From the NCBI GenBank assembly GCA_044226625.1, contig JBGAGQ010000058.1, forward strand, positions 1 through 42,850: a DNA stretch of 42,850 nucleotides, read 5' to 3'. How positions within the stretch are numbered: the stretch's first letter is position 1; every line of letters starts with the position of its first letter. The notes under the pieces were generated by a model. That model was given only the letters and a program-made list of their open reading frames with translations. It had not been told where the DNA came from and made no database searches. The stretch comes from Thermoanaerobaculia bacterium. GTDB lineage: Bacteria; Acidobacteriota; Thermoanaerobaculia; Multivoradales; UBA5704. Positions 8,911-17,707 of this stretch are shown here, piece by piece. The translations under genes were made by a program, and so were the position numbers.

Positions 8911-9137
8911 TGAAGATCGATACAACTTTCGCCTTGTCCGAAGATGTCGTTGCGGCCCTAAACCGACAAGCTCCGGATACGAATCGTCGCTCCGAGCTTG
9001 TCGAGGCGGCCGTAATGGCATATCTGAAGCGTCTCGGCAGGCGCGGAGCTATGAGCGACCTGGAGGTGATCAACGCTCACGCCGCCGAGCTTAACGCCGA
9101 GGCGGAGGACGTTCTCTCCTACCAGGTCATTCTGTGA
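8910..9137 (+). CDS. Ribbon-helix-helix antitoxin (MazE/CopG-like)
   Basis: [30 protein letters not shown] pattern with an acidic tail ([12 protein letters not shown]). GTGA overlap with the toxin gene. Confidence 0.8.
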   Translation: MKIDTTFALSEDVVAALNRQAPDTNRRSELVEAAVMAYLKRLGRRGAMSDLEVINAHAAELNAEAEDVLSYQVIL

Positions 9138-9499
9138 GGCGCTTGAGGCGAGGCGAACTATATCGAGTCAAGCACCCTTCGGCGCTGGACCCCCGGCGCC
9201 AGAGGGTTTTCGTTGTCGTCAGCCGACAGACGCTGATCGATTCGTCCTTTTCGACGGTCATTTGCGCGCCGATCTATTCTCGCCGTGATGGCCTGTCAAC
9301 CCAGGTGGACGTGGGGATCGAAGAGGGGCTCAAACACGAGAGCTGCATTCATTGCGACGACTTGGTCAGCCTGCCGAAATCTCTCTTGACCGACTACGTC
9401 GGTTCGCTAGCGAGTGGCAGGCTGCTCGAGCTGGATCTTGCACTCGCCTTGGCCCTCGACCTCGTGGATGACCTTCCTCCGTCGAGAAAAGGCGCCTAA
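9134..9499 (+). CDS. mazF: PemK/MazF family endoribonuclease toxin
   Basis: [50 protein letters not shown], the PemK/MazF pattern. Coupled to the upstream antitoxin. Confidence 0.88.
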   Translation: MRRLRRGELYRVKHPSALDPRRQRVFVVVSRQTLIDSSFSTVICAPIYSRRDGLSTQVDVGIEEGLKHESCIHCDDLVSLPKSLLTDYVGSLASGRLLELDLALALALDLVDDLPPSRKGA

Positions 9500-9505
9500 G
9501 CCGGC

Positions 9506-10558
9506 CTATCCCTCTTCATTACCGATCGTGAGCAGCTCCTCGGTCCGCGCGATCGACAGCGCGGTCGCGATCTCGCGGTCGAGGGCTTCGTCCGGGGCGA
9601 CGCCTTTCCAACGCAACCGGTAGAGGGCCTTCCAGGCGTCTCGGTAGGCGATCCAGGCGCGTTGGGCATCGCGCAGGACTTCGCGCCGGATCGTTTCGGT
9701 CTCCTGGCACCAGTCGCATTTTTCGAACGCCTGGCGCGCCTGGCCGAAGGCCTTGTTGAGCTGGGCGTCGGCGCGCTGGGCTGCCGCAGCGTCCGCCGCT
9801 TTCGTCCGCGCCTTGGCGTAGCGCTCGAGCGTCGTGACGAAGGTTTCGAAACCCTGCTGGTGGGCACCGGAGGAGACCGCGCCGTAGATCGTTCCACCGC
9901 GGTTGTCTTCCGCATACCGGTCCCCGTCCTTCTCGGCGAAAGCGTCGGCGGCCTTACGCAGGGCGGCGAGAGCCTTCTTACCGGACGGGTCGAGCATCTT
10001 TTCGACCGCGGCGATTCGCGCCTCGAGGCCCGGGGCGGCGCGGTCGTTTTCGAGCTGCTGGCAGACGCTCATGCCGTAGCCGCTGGTAATCTGCTCGCAA
10101 TAGTCGAGGTCTTCCGGGTTCTTCGCGGTCCGCATCGCGGCGATCTGCTCGAGCATGCCGGTCGCCTCGGCGGGGGCGATGACTTCCTCGGAGTGACAGA
10201 GGAAGTAGGTCGCCGCGTCGTAATCCCGACGTACGCCCCAGCCGTTCGCGAAGATCATCGCCAGGGTTTGCGGGCAGTCGCCGCGGGAGAGGCAGCAGCG
10301 CCGTGCGAAATCGAGGTCTTTGGTCTGACCGTTGATGCCGTAGAGGAAGTCGGTGCAGTGGAGTGTCTCCGACGTGAATCGGCTCGCGTCCGTGGGGGCG
10401 GCGGCCGCCTCCGGGCCCGGCTTCCACTTTGCGATCGCGGTGCAAGCACTACGGTCGTCGTCCTGCGCCGGGAGCGGACGGGCGGCGAGAAGGCCGGCGA
10501 CCATCGATCCGGCGGACAAAAAAAGGCCCAGATTTCGACGAAATCGATCCTCGAACAT
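9506..10558 (-). CDS. Secreted Cys-rich protein with a Sel1-like repeat and LprI (DUF1311)-like lysozyme-inhibitor domain(s)
   Basis: Signal peptide; LAMIFANGWGVRRDYDAATYF (Sel1-like); ADAQLNKAF...LRDAQRAWIAYRDA..RTEEL (DUF1311 signature). Confidence 0.75.
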   Translation of the reverse strand: MFEDRFRRNLGLFLSAGSMVAGLLAARPLPAQDDDRSACTAIAKWKPGPEAAAAPTDASRFTSETLHCTDFLYGINGQTKDLDFARRCCLSRGDCPQTLAMIFANGWGVRRDYDAATYFLCHSEEVIAPAEATGMLEQIAAMRTAKNPEDLDYCEQITSGYGMSVCQQLENDRAAPGLEARIAAVEKMLDPSGKKALAALRKAADAFAEKDGDRYAEDNRGGTIYGAVSSGAHQQGFETFVTTLERYAKARTKAADAAAAQRADAQLNKAFGQARQAFEKCDWCQETETIRREVLRDAQRAWIAYRDAWKALYRLRWKGVAPDEALDREIATALSIARTEELLTIGNEEG

Positions 10559-10580
10559 CGGTCTTTCCAGGAGAGAAGGT

Positions 10581-11558
10581 TCAGTTCGGTGCGGCGGGCT
10601 CGAGCACGGCCTCGGCGATTTCGAGCGCGTTGATCACGCCGCCGCGGGTGAGGTTGTCCATAACGGCCCAGATCCAGGTGCCGCCCGAGGGGCCTGCGTC
10701 GCGCCGGACGTTGCCGATCAGGATCTCCGTCTCGCCGGCGGCGTCGATCGGACCGAGCAGCTTCGGGTTTTCGGCGAGGACCAGATGCGGATGCCGGCCG
10801 AGCGCCTTGCGCACCGCCGGGCCGCCCGGATCGTTCGCCATGCGAACCCAGAGGCTCGCCGAAATGCTGTGGAGGACGCCGCCCTGGACGATCTCGAGGG
10901 CGACCGGCGGCTCGCCCGCGAGCACCTCGGCGAGCTGGCCCGCCAGATGCTCCGGCTCGTGCCGCGCGGGCAGCAGGTTGAACGCCAGCTGTTGGCCGAA
11001 CACGGGGGTCTTCCGCTTGCCGCCCATGGCATAGATGCGGCGCGTGTCCTCGAACAGCTCCTCGAGTCCCGGGTCGCCGTACATCGAGGCGGGCTGGATC
11101 ACCGTCGCCACCGCTTCCTCGACGCCGAAGGGGCGCAACGGCTGGAGCAAGTGGGCGAGCAGGATCACCGCGGGATGGGGCGAGAGGTAGACCGATCCCG
11201 CCGGGAGCGCGCTGGAATTGACGCCCGCGACGACCGAACGCCCCATGCTGGCGGTGATGTTCGAGGCGTCCGGCGAGAGGACCACCGCGGTGGTGGAGGC
11301 CGGACGGTGTTTCAAGACCTCGCGGGACTGTTTCGCGCTGCCGCATAGGAACGCGAGATCGGCGCCATCGAGCTCGCCCTCCTGCCAACGGCCGACGAAA
11401 GCGGCCGCGCCCGCGACCTCGGTCAGGTTGCCGACTTCCTCTTCGTCGGAGGAGAGCAGGACGGGGTCGCGGCGCGCGAACATCGATCGCTCGGCGAGCC
11501 GCTCACGCAGCTCCTTGCCGAGCAGGGTTCCGGGCTCTAGCAGCGCGTACTTGCTCAT
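10581..11558 (-). CDS. Aspartate-semialdehyde dehydrogenase-like protein (Asd/Usg-like), catalytic residues apparently lost
   Basis: Asd-fold motifs VVAGVN, QPAS..G..GLEEL, VFGQQLAFNLLP, IGNVRRD, WAVMDNLTRGGVINALEIAE are present. The PNC motif is replaced by PHP and there is no GATG loop. Confidence 0.8.
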   Translation of the reverse strand: MSKYALLEPGTLLGKELRERLAERSMFARRDPVLLSSDEEEVGNLTEVAGAAAFVGRWQEGELDGADLAFLCGSAKQSREVLKHRPASTTAVVLSPDASNITASMGRSVVAGVNSSALPAGSVYLSPHPAVILLAHLLQPLRPFGVEEAVATVIQPASMYGDPGLEELFEDTRRIYAMGGKRKTPVFGQQLAFNLLPARHEPEHLAGQLAEVLAGEPPVALEIVQGGVLHSISASLWVRMANDPGGPAVRKALGRHPHLVLAENPKLLGPIDAAGETEILIGNVRRDAGPSGGTWIWAVMDNLTRGGVINALEIAEAVLEPAAPN

Positions 11559-12366
11559 GCCCCGGGCGCCTCGTTAGACGAGCCGGGAGTCGCCGGAGCC
11601 GGCTCCTCGGGCGGTGTCTCGCGCTTCGGAAACAGGCGTCCCGTCAGCCAAGCGAGCGGCCCCGAGCTGGTGTAGAGGATCGCGATCGCGAGGAACGTCG
11701 CGCGGGGCAGATAGACGATGGTGAGCACGATCGCGGCGATCGGCACGACGGCGCGGTAGCTCCAGCGCTTTCGCTTGCCGACCGACTTGAAGCTGCGGTA
11801 TCGGAAGGTCGAAACCATCAGGAACCCGATCAGCACCAGGGCGCCTGCGGTGATCCATTGGAGCGGGCGGTGGTACTCCGGATTCAGATCCGGCACGAAG
11901 AACAGGATCGAGCAGATCGAGCCGGCGGCGGCCGGGGCCGGGAGGCCCACGAAGTACCGGACGTCGACGATCTTGTGCTGCACGTTGAAGCGATCCCCCA
12001 AAGGTAGGTGAGCAAGGCGGGCGCGGCGCCGAAGGTGAGCACGTCGGCGAGCGAGTCGTACTCCTTGCCGAAGTCGCTTTCCGTGCCGAAGGCGCGGGCG
12101 ATCCGTCCGTCGAACGCGTCGAGAACCCCGGCGATGAAGACCAGCGCCGCCGCTTTGTCGAACTCGCCGCGCAGGCCGGAGATCACGGCGTAGAAGCCCA
12201 TCACGATGTTGCCGATCGTGAACAAACTGGGTACCAGATAGGCGCCCCGGCGGAGCCGAGCGCCGCGGCGGGATTTCGCGTCGGTACCCACGGGAAGGCT
12301 CGCGGGATCGGGGCTGGCGACCGGCTCGGCGCCTTCGAGCGCCGGAAGATCTTCGGCGGCGCTCAT
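11555..12366 (-). pseudogene. pssA: CDP-diacylglycerol--serine O-phosphatidyltransferase, split by an internal deletion/frameshift near 11993
   Basis: The 5' frame has PSLFTIGN and the CDP-alcohol phosphotransferase motif DAFDGRIAR..S.FGKEYDSLAD..FGAAPA. The 3' part (RFNVQ..YFVGLPAPAAAG..LMVSTFRYRSFK) is in another frame, and the helix normally preceding RLARFN is absent. Confidence 0.75.
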
Positions 12367-13028
12367 GGGGTCTTCGCTCCCGCGCTCGCTCGATCGCCTG
12401 ACGGGGAGACCGCGGCGGCCGTCTCGCCGTTCTTCATCCGGTCGCCGACGCGGACTTTGACCTCGTAACTCTCGGGGACCAGCAGGTCGACGCGCGAGCC
12501 GAACTTGATCAGGCCGAGCGCCTGGCCGCGATGGACCCGCTCGCCCGGCTTCAGGTAGCAGACGATGCGGCGCGCGACGAGACCGGTGATCTGGCGGACG
12601 CCGACCAGATCGCCGTTCGGCCGCTTGAGCACCGCGAGGTGGTTCTCGTTTTTGAGATCGGCGTCGGGGTCGAACGCCGGAACCATCCGACCGCGGGTGA
12701 GCGTCGACTTGACCACCTCACCGGCCGTCGGAACCTTCTGGACGTGGACGTCGAAAACCGAGAGGAAGGTCGCGATCCGGTGGAAGCGGCCGGGACCGAT
12801 CTCCGGCGCCTCGATCGTGTCGACCTTGATCACCTTGCCGTCGGCCGCCGCGAGGATGACGTCGCCCGAGCCTTCGAAGTGGCGCGTGGGGTTGCGGAAA
12901 AACAGGAGGACGGCGAAGGCGAGCACGAGGACCGCGGCGGCGCTTCGCGGATGGCCGAGCAGGAGCAACGCTCCGCCAAGGAAGAGAAACGGGAGGACGA
13001 AGGGCCAGCCTTCTCGCGCAAAGCTCAT
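12363..13028 (-). CDS. psd: Phosphatidylserine decarboxylase proenzyme (short type)
   Basis: FFRNP, AADGKV, FLSVFDVHVQ, QITGLVARRI and IKFGSRVDL (FGS autocleavage site). ATG 13028 (MSFAREG); ATGA overlap with pssA. Confidence 0.92.
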   Translation of the reverse strand: MSFAREGWPFVLPFLFLGGALLLLGHPRSAAAVLVLAFAVLLFFRNPTRHFEGSGDVILAAADGKVIKVDTIEAPEIGPGRFHRIATFLSVFDVHVQKVPTAGEVVKSTLTRGRMVPAFDPDADLKNENHLAVLKRPNGDLVGVRQITGLVARRIVCYLKPGERVHRGQALGLIKFGSRVDLLVPESYEVKVRVGDRMKNGETAAAVSPSGDRASAGAKTP

Positions 13029-13037
13029 CGAAGGTTT

Positions 13038-13092
13038 CGATCTCGGATCTGGGATCTCGGGTCTCGGTCTCTGTTGTCGGTCTCGGGTGTCG
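13038..13092. repeat. Degenerate short tandem repeats (TCTCGG/GGATCT-type 6-7 nt units) upstream of psd
   Basis: ...gatctcggatctgggatctcgggtctcggtctc...gtcggtctcggg, read directly. Confidence 0.4.
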
Positions 13093-13263
13093 ACCCGTTC
13101 TGATTCTCGTCGGTTCTCCAGTGCTGGAGAAACCTCGTCGGTCCATCCAAGTCCGGAGGAGACCCGGGGGAGGCGTAACTCTAAACGAACCCGGCGTTTC
13201 GCGACAGCGGGCTCGGAGGCGGTGGACGTCCGCGCGGCTCCCTCGGGTCGCCTTCCGAGGGCG

Positions 13264-13497
13264 CTAAACCGCGACGAGCGACTCGCGATGCTCGCGGAGC
13301 CTCTGCTCCATCCGGTCCTTGAGCGCCAGCTTGTGGAGCTTGATCTTTTTCTCTTCGAATTCGTCGTCCTGAGAGGGGAGCGAGAGCTGGTACAGCTCCT
13401 CCAGCCGCTTCTCCGCGGCCTGATGCTCATCATGGAGACGGCGGAACTCTTTGTCCGTGCGCAGCAACTCCTCTCTCAAGGCGTCAGTCTGGGGCAT
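13264..13497 (-). CDS. YdcH/DUF465 family small coiled-coil protein
   Basis: AGGAGG RBS, ATG 13497; EFRRLHDEHQ..LEEL...KLHKLALKDRM signature. Confidence 0.85.
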   Translation of the reverse strand: MPQTDALREELLRTDKEFRRLHDEHQAAEKRLEELYQLSLPSQDDEFEEKKIKLHKLALKDRMEQRLREHRESLVAV

Positions 13498-13696
13498 GGC
13501 GGTTGTTCCTCCTGAAATAGGGGTGAGTGATCCCCGCGCGGTCGTTGGGGACCGCGGGCGATACGGGTCGGGCTCGAATCCTGGGAACCCGGTTCCGATC
13601 GGGGAGCCGGGCCGAAAGAACGTGAGCCCTGCGTTGGGGAAAGGATGATGAAAGCAGGATAGCACCCGCCTCCGAGGGCTTCAAGCGAAGGAGGAG

Positions 13697-14185
13697 TCAA
13701 ACGGACCGGACGTACACGAGCGCGTCGGTGCCGTCGCGGTAATACCCCTTGCGCCGTCCCGTCGAGGCGAATCCGGACCGCTCGTAAAGTCCGATCGCGG
13801 CTTGATTTTCCGCGCGCACCTCGAGAAAACAGCTGACCACGGCGCGGGCGGAGAGGGTGGCGAGACCGGCCTCGATCAGGAGGAGCCCCACGCCCCGACG
13901 GCGGAGGTCCGGGTGGACGGCCAGGCGCAGAAGCTCGCCCTCGTCCGCCATGGTCCGGAATGCGGCGTAGCCCACGGTGGGCCCTTCGGTGGCGACCGCC
14001 ACGAGAACGAAGGAGAGCGGCTGCCGCAGCTCGGCGGCGAGCATCGGGCTCCCCCAGGGATCGGGGAAGCACTCCTTCTCGAGATCGAGGAGGGCCGGCA
14101 GATCGTCGTCGGTCGCGGTGCGAATCGCGATCTCGGACGGTGCGTCCGCGGGGGCCGGTGCAACCAACGGATTTACGGGGGCCAC
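13697..14185 (-). CDS. rimI: Ribosomal protein S18 alanine N-acetyltransferase (GNAT)
   Basis: EKECFPDPW, LAVHPDLRRRGVG, LEVRAENQAAIGLYERSGF..GRRKGYY; directly downstream of tsaB. Start approximate (GTG 14185). Confidence 0.88.
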   Translation of the reverse strand: MAPVNPLVAPAPADAPSEIAIRTATDDDLPALLDLEKECFPDPWGSPMLAAELRQPLSFVLVAVATEGPTVGYAAFRTMADEGELLRLAVHPDLRRRGVGLLLIEAGLATLSARAVVSCFLEVRAENQAAIGLYERSGFASTGRRKGYYRDGTDALVYVRSV

Positions 14186-14198
14186 GGTCTCCTGGCCC

Positions 14199-14915
14199 TT
14201 AGCCTGCGGAGCGCGCGGACGGACGGGGTTTCGGAAGGGTGGCCGCGGGAGGCCGGGCATAGAGCGGTCGGGTGAGGGAAAGCGGATCCCAGGCCGGCCG
14301 CTCGGCCGCCGCGAGGCGCAAGGCGACGGGCGCGAGCGGCCCGGGCTCGATCGCCGCGAGGCCGGCCGGCCAGGTCGGTTGGGAGGAGACCGCGCCGAGC
14401 CCGAAGCCGATCGCGCACCCCGGGGTGAAGCGGCCGAGCGCGGCGGGCGTGAGAGTCTCGCTCGGTCCCAGCTCGACGGCTGCCGCGCCGGTCCGGAATG
14501 GCTGGACCGTCCACTCTCCACGGAGCGCGTCGACCGCGCCGATCGCCCGAGCGAATTCCGGCGGCGCGCAGGCCGCGAGCACGCGGAGCGTCGGGAAGGC
14601 GACGGCGGGCAGGCGCAGGGCCTGGTGGAGACCATAGGCGGTGGCGAGACCGATGCGGAGCCCCGTAAAGCTTCCGGGCCCGGCGAGCGCGATCAATCCT
14701 TGGAGGTCGGCGGGGCGTAGGTTCGCCTCCTCGAGCACCTCGTGGATCAGCTGCAGCAGTCGGGTCGACGAGCGCTCGACGATTTCGTCCCGCGCGGCGA
14801 CGAGAGGCGGCGAAATGGCTGGAGAGGCCGGAGCGGCCTCGGCGCCGCCCCACTCCAGATCGGCCAGGGCGACGCTCACGCGTGGCGAGCCGGAATCGAG
14901 CGCTAGGACGAGCAT
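14199..14915 (-). CDS. tsaB: tRNA threonylcarbamoyladenosine biosynthesis protein TsaB
   Basis: MLVLALDS, GPGSFTGLRIG, DALRGE, RPLYAR; tsaB-rimI synteny. Confidence 0.93.
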   Translation of the reverse strand: MLVLALDSGSPRVSVALADLEWGGAEAAPASPAISPPLVAARDEIVERSSTRLLQLIHEVLEEANLRPADLQGLIALAGPGSFTGLRIGLATAYGLHQALRLPAVAFPTLRVLAACAPPEFARAIGAVDALRGEWTVQPFRTGAAAVELGPSETLTPAALGRFTPGCAIGFGLGAVSSQPTWPAGLAAIEPGPLAPVALRLAAAERPAWDPLSLTRPLYARPPAATLPKPRPSARSAG

Positions 14916-14998
14916 GGCGGACAGAGTATAGGAGGGGGACGACATACCGGCAGGTACCAGCAGAACGCGGCGGAACCCGCCCGCTATACTTCCGCGCC
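14916..14998. promoter_or_regulatory. Back-to-back -10 elements for leaderless tsaB and mutS
   Basis: TATACT on minus (14925-30) is 9 nt before the tsaB ATG. TATACT on plus (14985-90) is 8 nt before the mutS GTG. Neither gene has an SD sequence. Confidence 0.55.
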
Positions 14999-17707
14999 GT
15001 GCCCGCACCGACCGCCCCCGCCCCCGTCGCGACGAACCTCTCTCCGATGTTGCGGCAGTACCTGGAGATCAAAGCGGTCCATCCGGAGGAGATCCTGCTC
15101 TATCGGATGGGCGACTTCTTCGAGCTGTTCTTCGACGACGCCGTGCGCGCGGCGCCGATCCTCGAGGTGCAGCTGACCGCGCGGAACCGCGGCACCGAAA
15201 ACGAAGCGCCGATGTGCGGTGTGCCCCACCACGCGATAGAGAGCTACCTCGCGAAGCTCCTCGCCGCCGGGCTGCGGGTGGCGATCTGCGATCAGGTGGA
15301 GGACCCCGCCCAGGCCAAGGGGCTGGTCCGGCGCGAGGTGACGCGGGTGGTGACGCCCGGGACGGTCTCCGCCCCGGATCTGCTCCAGGGCAACGAGGAC
15401 AACTACCTCGCCTCGATCGCCTGGGTGGGCGAACGGGGCGCCGCGGCGTTCCTCGACGTCTCGACCGGAACGTTCTTCGTCCGTCGCCTCGGCTCGGTCG
15501 AAGAGGCGGTCGAGCAGCTCGCCGCGCTCGCCCCCCGCGAGGCCCTCTATGAGGAGGGGACGCTGCCGCGGGCGATCGCCGAGCAGCTCGAGCGAGAGTG
15601 CCCTTGCCGCACGCCGCTCGCGGGCGATCGCTGGCTCGATCCGCGTCGCGCCGCCGAGCTGCTGGCGCGGCACCTCGGTGCGGCGAGCCTTCGCGGTTTC
15701 GGCCTCGACGAAGGGGAGCCCGCCGTCCTCGCCGCCGCCGCCGCGCTTGCTTACGGGAAAGAGACGCAGCGTAGCGAGCTTTCGCACGTCCGCCATCTCG
15801 CCGTCCGCGAGCCGGGCGACCGGCTGATCGTCGACGCGACGACGCTCGCGAACCTCGAGGTGTTCTCGAACCAACGCGCGGCGGCCGCCGGTTCCGGACG
15901 CAAGAAGACGACCCTGCTCGCGGTCCTCGACCGCACCTCGTCGAGTCCGGGCGCGCGAACGCTGCGCGATTGGCTCGCCCGGCCGCTCGCCGAGCCGGCG
16001 GCGATCGCCGCCCGCCACGTCGCCGTGGGCGAGCTGGTCGCCGACGAGCCCCGCCGCGAGCGCCTCCGCACGGCGCTCTCCCGCCTCGGCGATCCGGAAC
16101 GAGCGCTCGCCCGCGCGGTCCTCGGCACGATGTCGCCGCGCGAGGCCGCGGCGTTGCGCGAAGGGTTGGCCGCCGCGGCTGCTGCGCTCCAGGAGATCGC
16201 GGGTCAGATCTCCCCTGCCTCCGCTTCAGTGGCTCAGGAGGAGGAGGAGCCCATAGGCGCGCCGACGCTCCTGGAAGAGCTGGCCGCGACCGATCCGCTG
16301 CCCGATCTGCATACGGAGCTCACCCGGCTTCTGGAGGAGGCCCCGGCTCCGTCTCCGGCGGACGGAGCGGTCATCGCCTCGGGGGTCGACGCGGAGCTCG
16401 ACCGCTACCGCTCGCTCGCCCGCGACAGCAAGCAGCACATCCTCGCGATCGAGCTGCGCGAGCGCGAGCGGACCGGCATCCCTTCGCTCAAGATCCGCTA
16501 CAACCGGGTGTTCGGCTACTACCTGGAGATCACCCATTCGAACGCCGGACGGGTGCCGCCGGACTACATCCGCAAGCAGACTCTGGTCAACGCCGAGCGC
16601 TACGTAACGCCGGAGATCAAGGAGCTCGAAGAGCAGATCCTCTCGGCCGACGAACGGCGGATCGCGCTCGAGCAGCAGCACTTCCGCGCGCTCCTCGAGC
16701 GGATCCAGGCCTCGGCCGAGGGGCTGTCGCGCCTGGCGCGGAACCTCGGGGCGCTCGACGCGTTCGCGGCGCTCGCCGAAGTCGCCGCGCGCAACCGCTA
16801 CGTGCGCCCCGAGATGACGCCGTCGGGAGGAACGGTGCGCGTGCGCGAAGGGCGCCATCCCGTGGTCGAGCCCGCGAGCCGCGAAGCGTTCGTGCCGAAC
16901 GACGCCGACCTCGATCCGGAGAGCGCTCAGATCGTCCTGCTCACCGGCCCCAACATGGGGGGCAAATCGACCTACCTGCGTCAGGTCGCCCTGATCGTGC
17001 TCATGGCCCAGGCGGGCTCGTGGGTGCCGGCCGAGGCGGCGGAGATCTCCGTCTGCGATCGGATCTTCACCCGGGTCGGCGCCTCGGACGACCTCGCTCG
17101 CGGCGAGTCGACGTTCATGGTCGAGATGATCGAGACCGCGAACATCCTCCGCCACGCGACCGACCGGAGCCTGGTGATCCTCGACGAGGTGGGCCGCGGC
17201 ACGGCGACCTTCGACGGTCTGTCGCTCGCGTGGGCGATCGTCGAGCACTTGCACGAAAAGGGTCGGTCAAAGGTCCTGTTCGCGACCCACTACCACGAGC
17301 TGACCGAGCTGTCGGAGCTTCTCCCTCGGGTGGTGAACCGGACGATGGCGGTCCGCGAGTGGGACGAGAAAATCGTTTTCCTCCGCCGCGTCGTGGCGGG
17401 GAGCGCCGACAAGTCGTACGGCCTCCACGTGGCGCGGCTCGCCGGTTTGCCGAACGAGGTCGTGGTGCGCGCGGCCGAGGTGCTCGGCAACCTCGAGGCG
17501 CAGGAGTACGACTTTGTCGGCAAGCCCCGGCTGGCCAAAGGATCCCGCGGCCCCGCGGGGAAAGCGGCTCCCGATCCGCAGATGTCGCTGTTCACGCCGC
17601 CGGCTCAGGCCGTGGCGGACCTGCTGCTCGCCGCGAACCTCGACCAGATGACGCCGCTCGCCGCGCTCAACCTGCTGCACTCGCTCAGGAGTAAGCTCGC
17701 ACCATGA
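14999..17707 (+). CDS. mutS: DNA mismatch repair protein MutS (MutS1)
   Basis: SPMLRQY, YRMGDFFELF mismatch-binding motif, MCGVPHH, Walker A TGPNMGGKST, STFMVEM, DEVGRGT, ATHYHEL and a QMSLF clamp-binding motif. Confidence 0.97.
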   Translation: MPAPTAPAPVATNLSPMLRQYLEIKAVHPEEILLYRMGDFFELFFDDAVRAAPILEVQLTARNRGTENEAPMCGVPHHAIESYLAKLLAAGLRVAICDQVEDPAQAKGLVRREVTRVVTPGTVSAPDLLQGNEDNYLASIAWVGERGAAAFLDVSTGTFFVRRLGSVEEAVEQLAALAPREALYEEGTLPRAIAEQLERECPCRTPLAGDRWLDPRRAAELLARHLGAASLRGFGLDEGEPAVLAAAAALAYGKETQRSELSHVRHLAVREPGDRLIVDATTLANLEVFSNQRAAAAGSGRKKTTLLAVLDRTSSSPGARTLRDWLARPLAEPAAIAARHVAVGELVADEPRRERLRTALSRLGDPERALARAVLGTMSPREAAALREGLAAAAAALQEIAGQISPASASVAQEEEEPIGAPTLLEELAATDPLPDLHTELTRLLEEAPAPSPADGAVIASGVDAELDRYRSLARDSKQHILAIELRERERTGIPSLKIRYNRVFGYYLEITHSNAGRVPPDYIRKQTLVNAERYVTPEIKELEEQILSADERRIALEQQHFRALLERIQASAEGLSRLARNLGALDAFAALAEVAARNRYVRPEMTPSGGTVRVREGRHPVVEPASREAFVPNDADLDPESAQIVLLTGPNMGGKSTYLRQVALIVLMAQAGSWVPAEAAEISVCDRIFTRVGASDDLARGESTFMVEMIETANILRHATDRSLVILDEVGRGTATFDGLSLAWAIVEHLHEKGRSKVLFATHYHELTELSELLPRVVNRTMAVREWDEKIVFLRRVVAGSADKSYGLHVARLAGLPNEVVVRAAEVLGNLEAQEYDFVGKPRLAKGSRGPAGKAAPDPQMSLFTPPAQAVADLLLAANLDQMTPLAALNLLHSLRSKLAP

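Noticed and set aside
11985-12005. Programmed frameshift or phase variation at the G5 run in pssA
   Set aside because: Restoring the frame would still leave a conserved TM helix missing, so slippage cannot yield a normal protein.
16200-16265. Low-complexity insertion in MutS (ISPASASVAQEEEEPIGAP)
   Set aside because: It is a short in-frame surface-loop type insertion with no intein or mobile-element signature.
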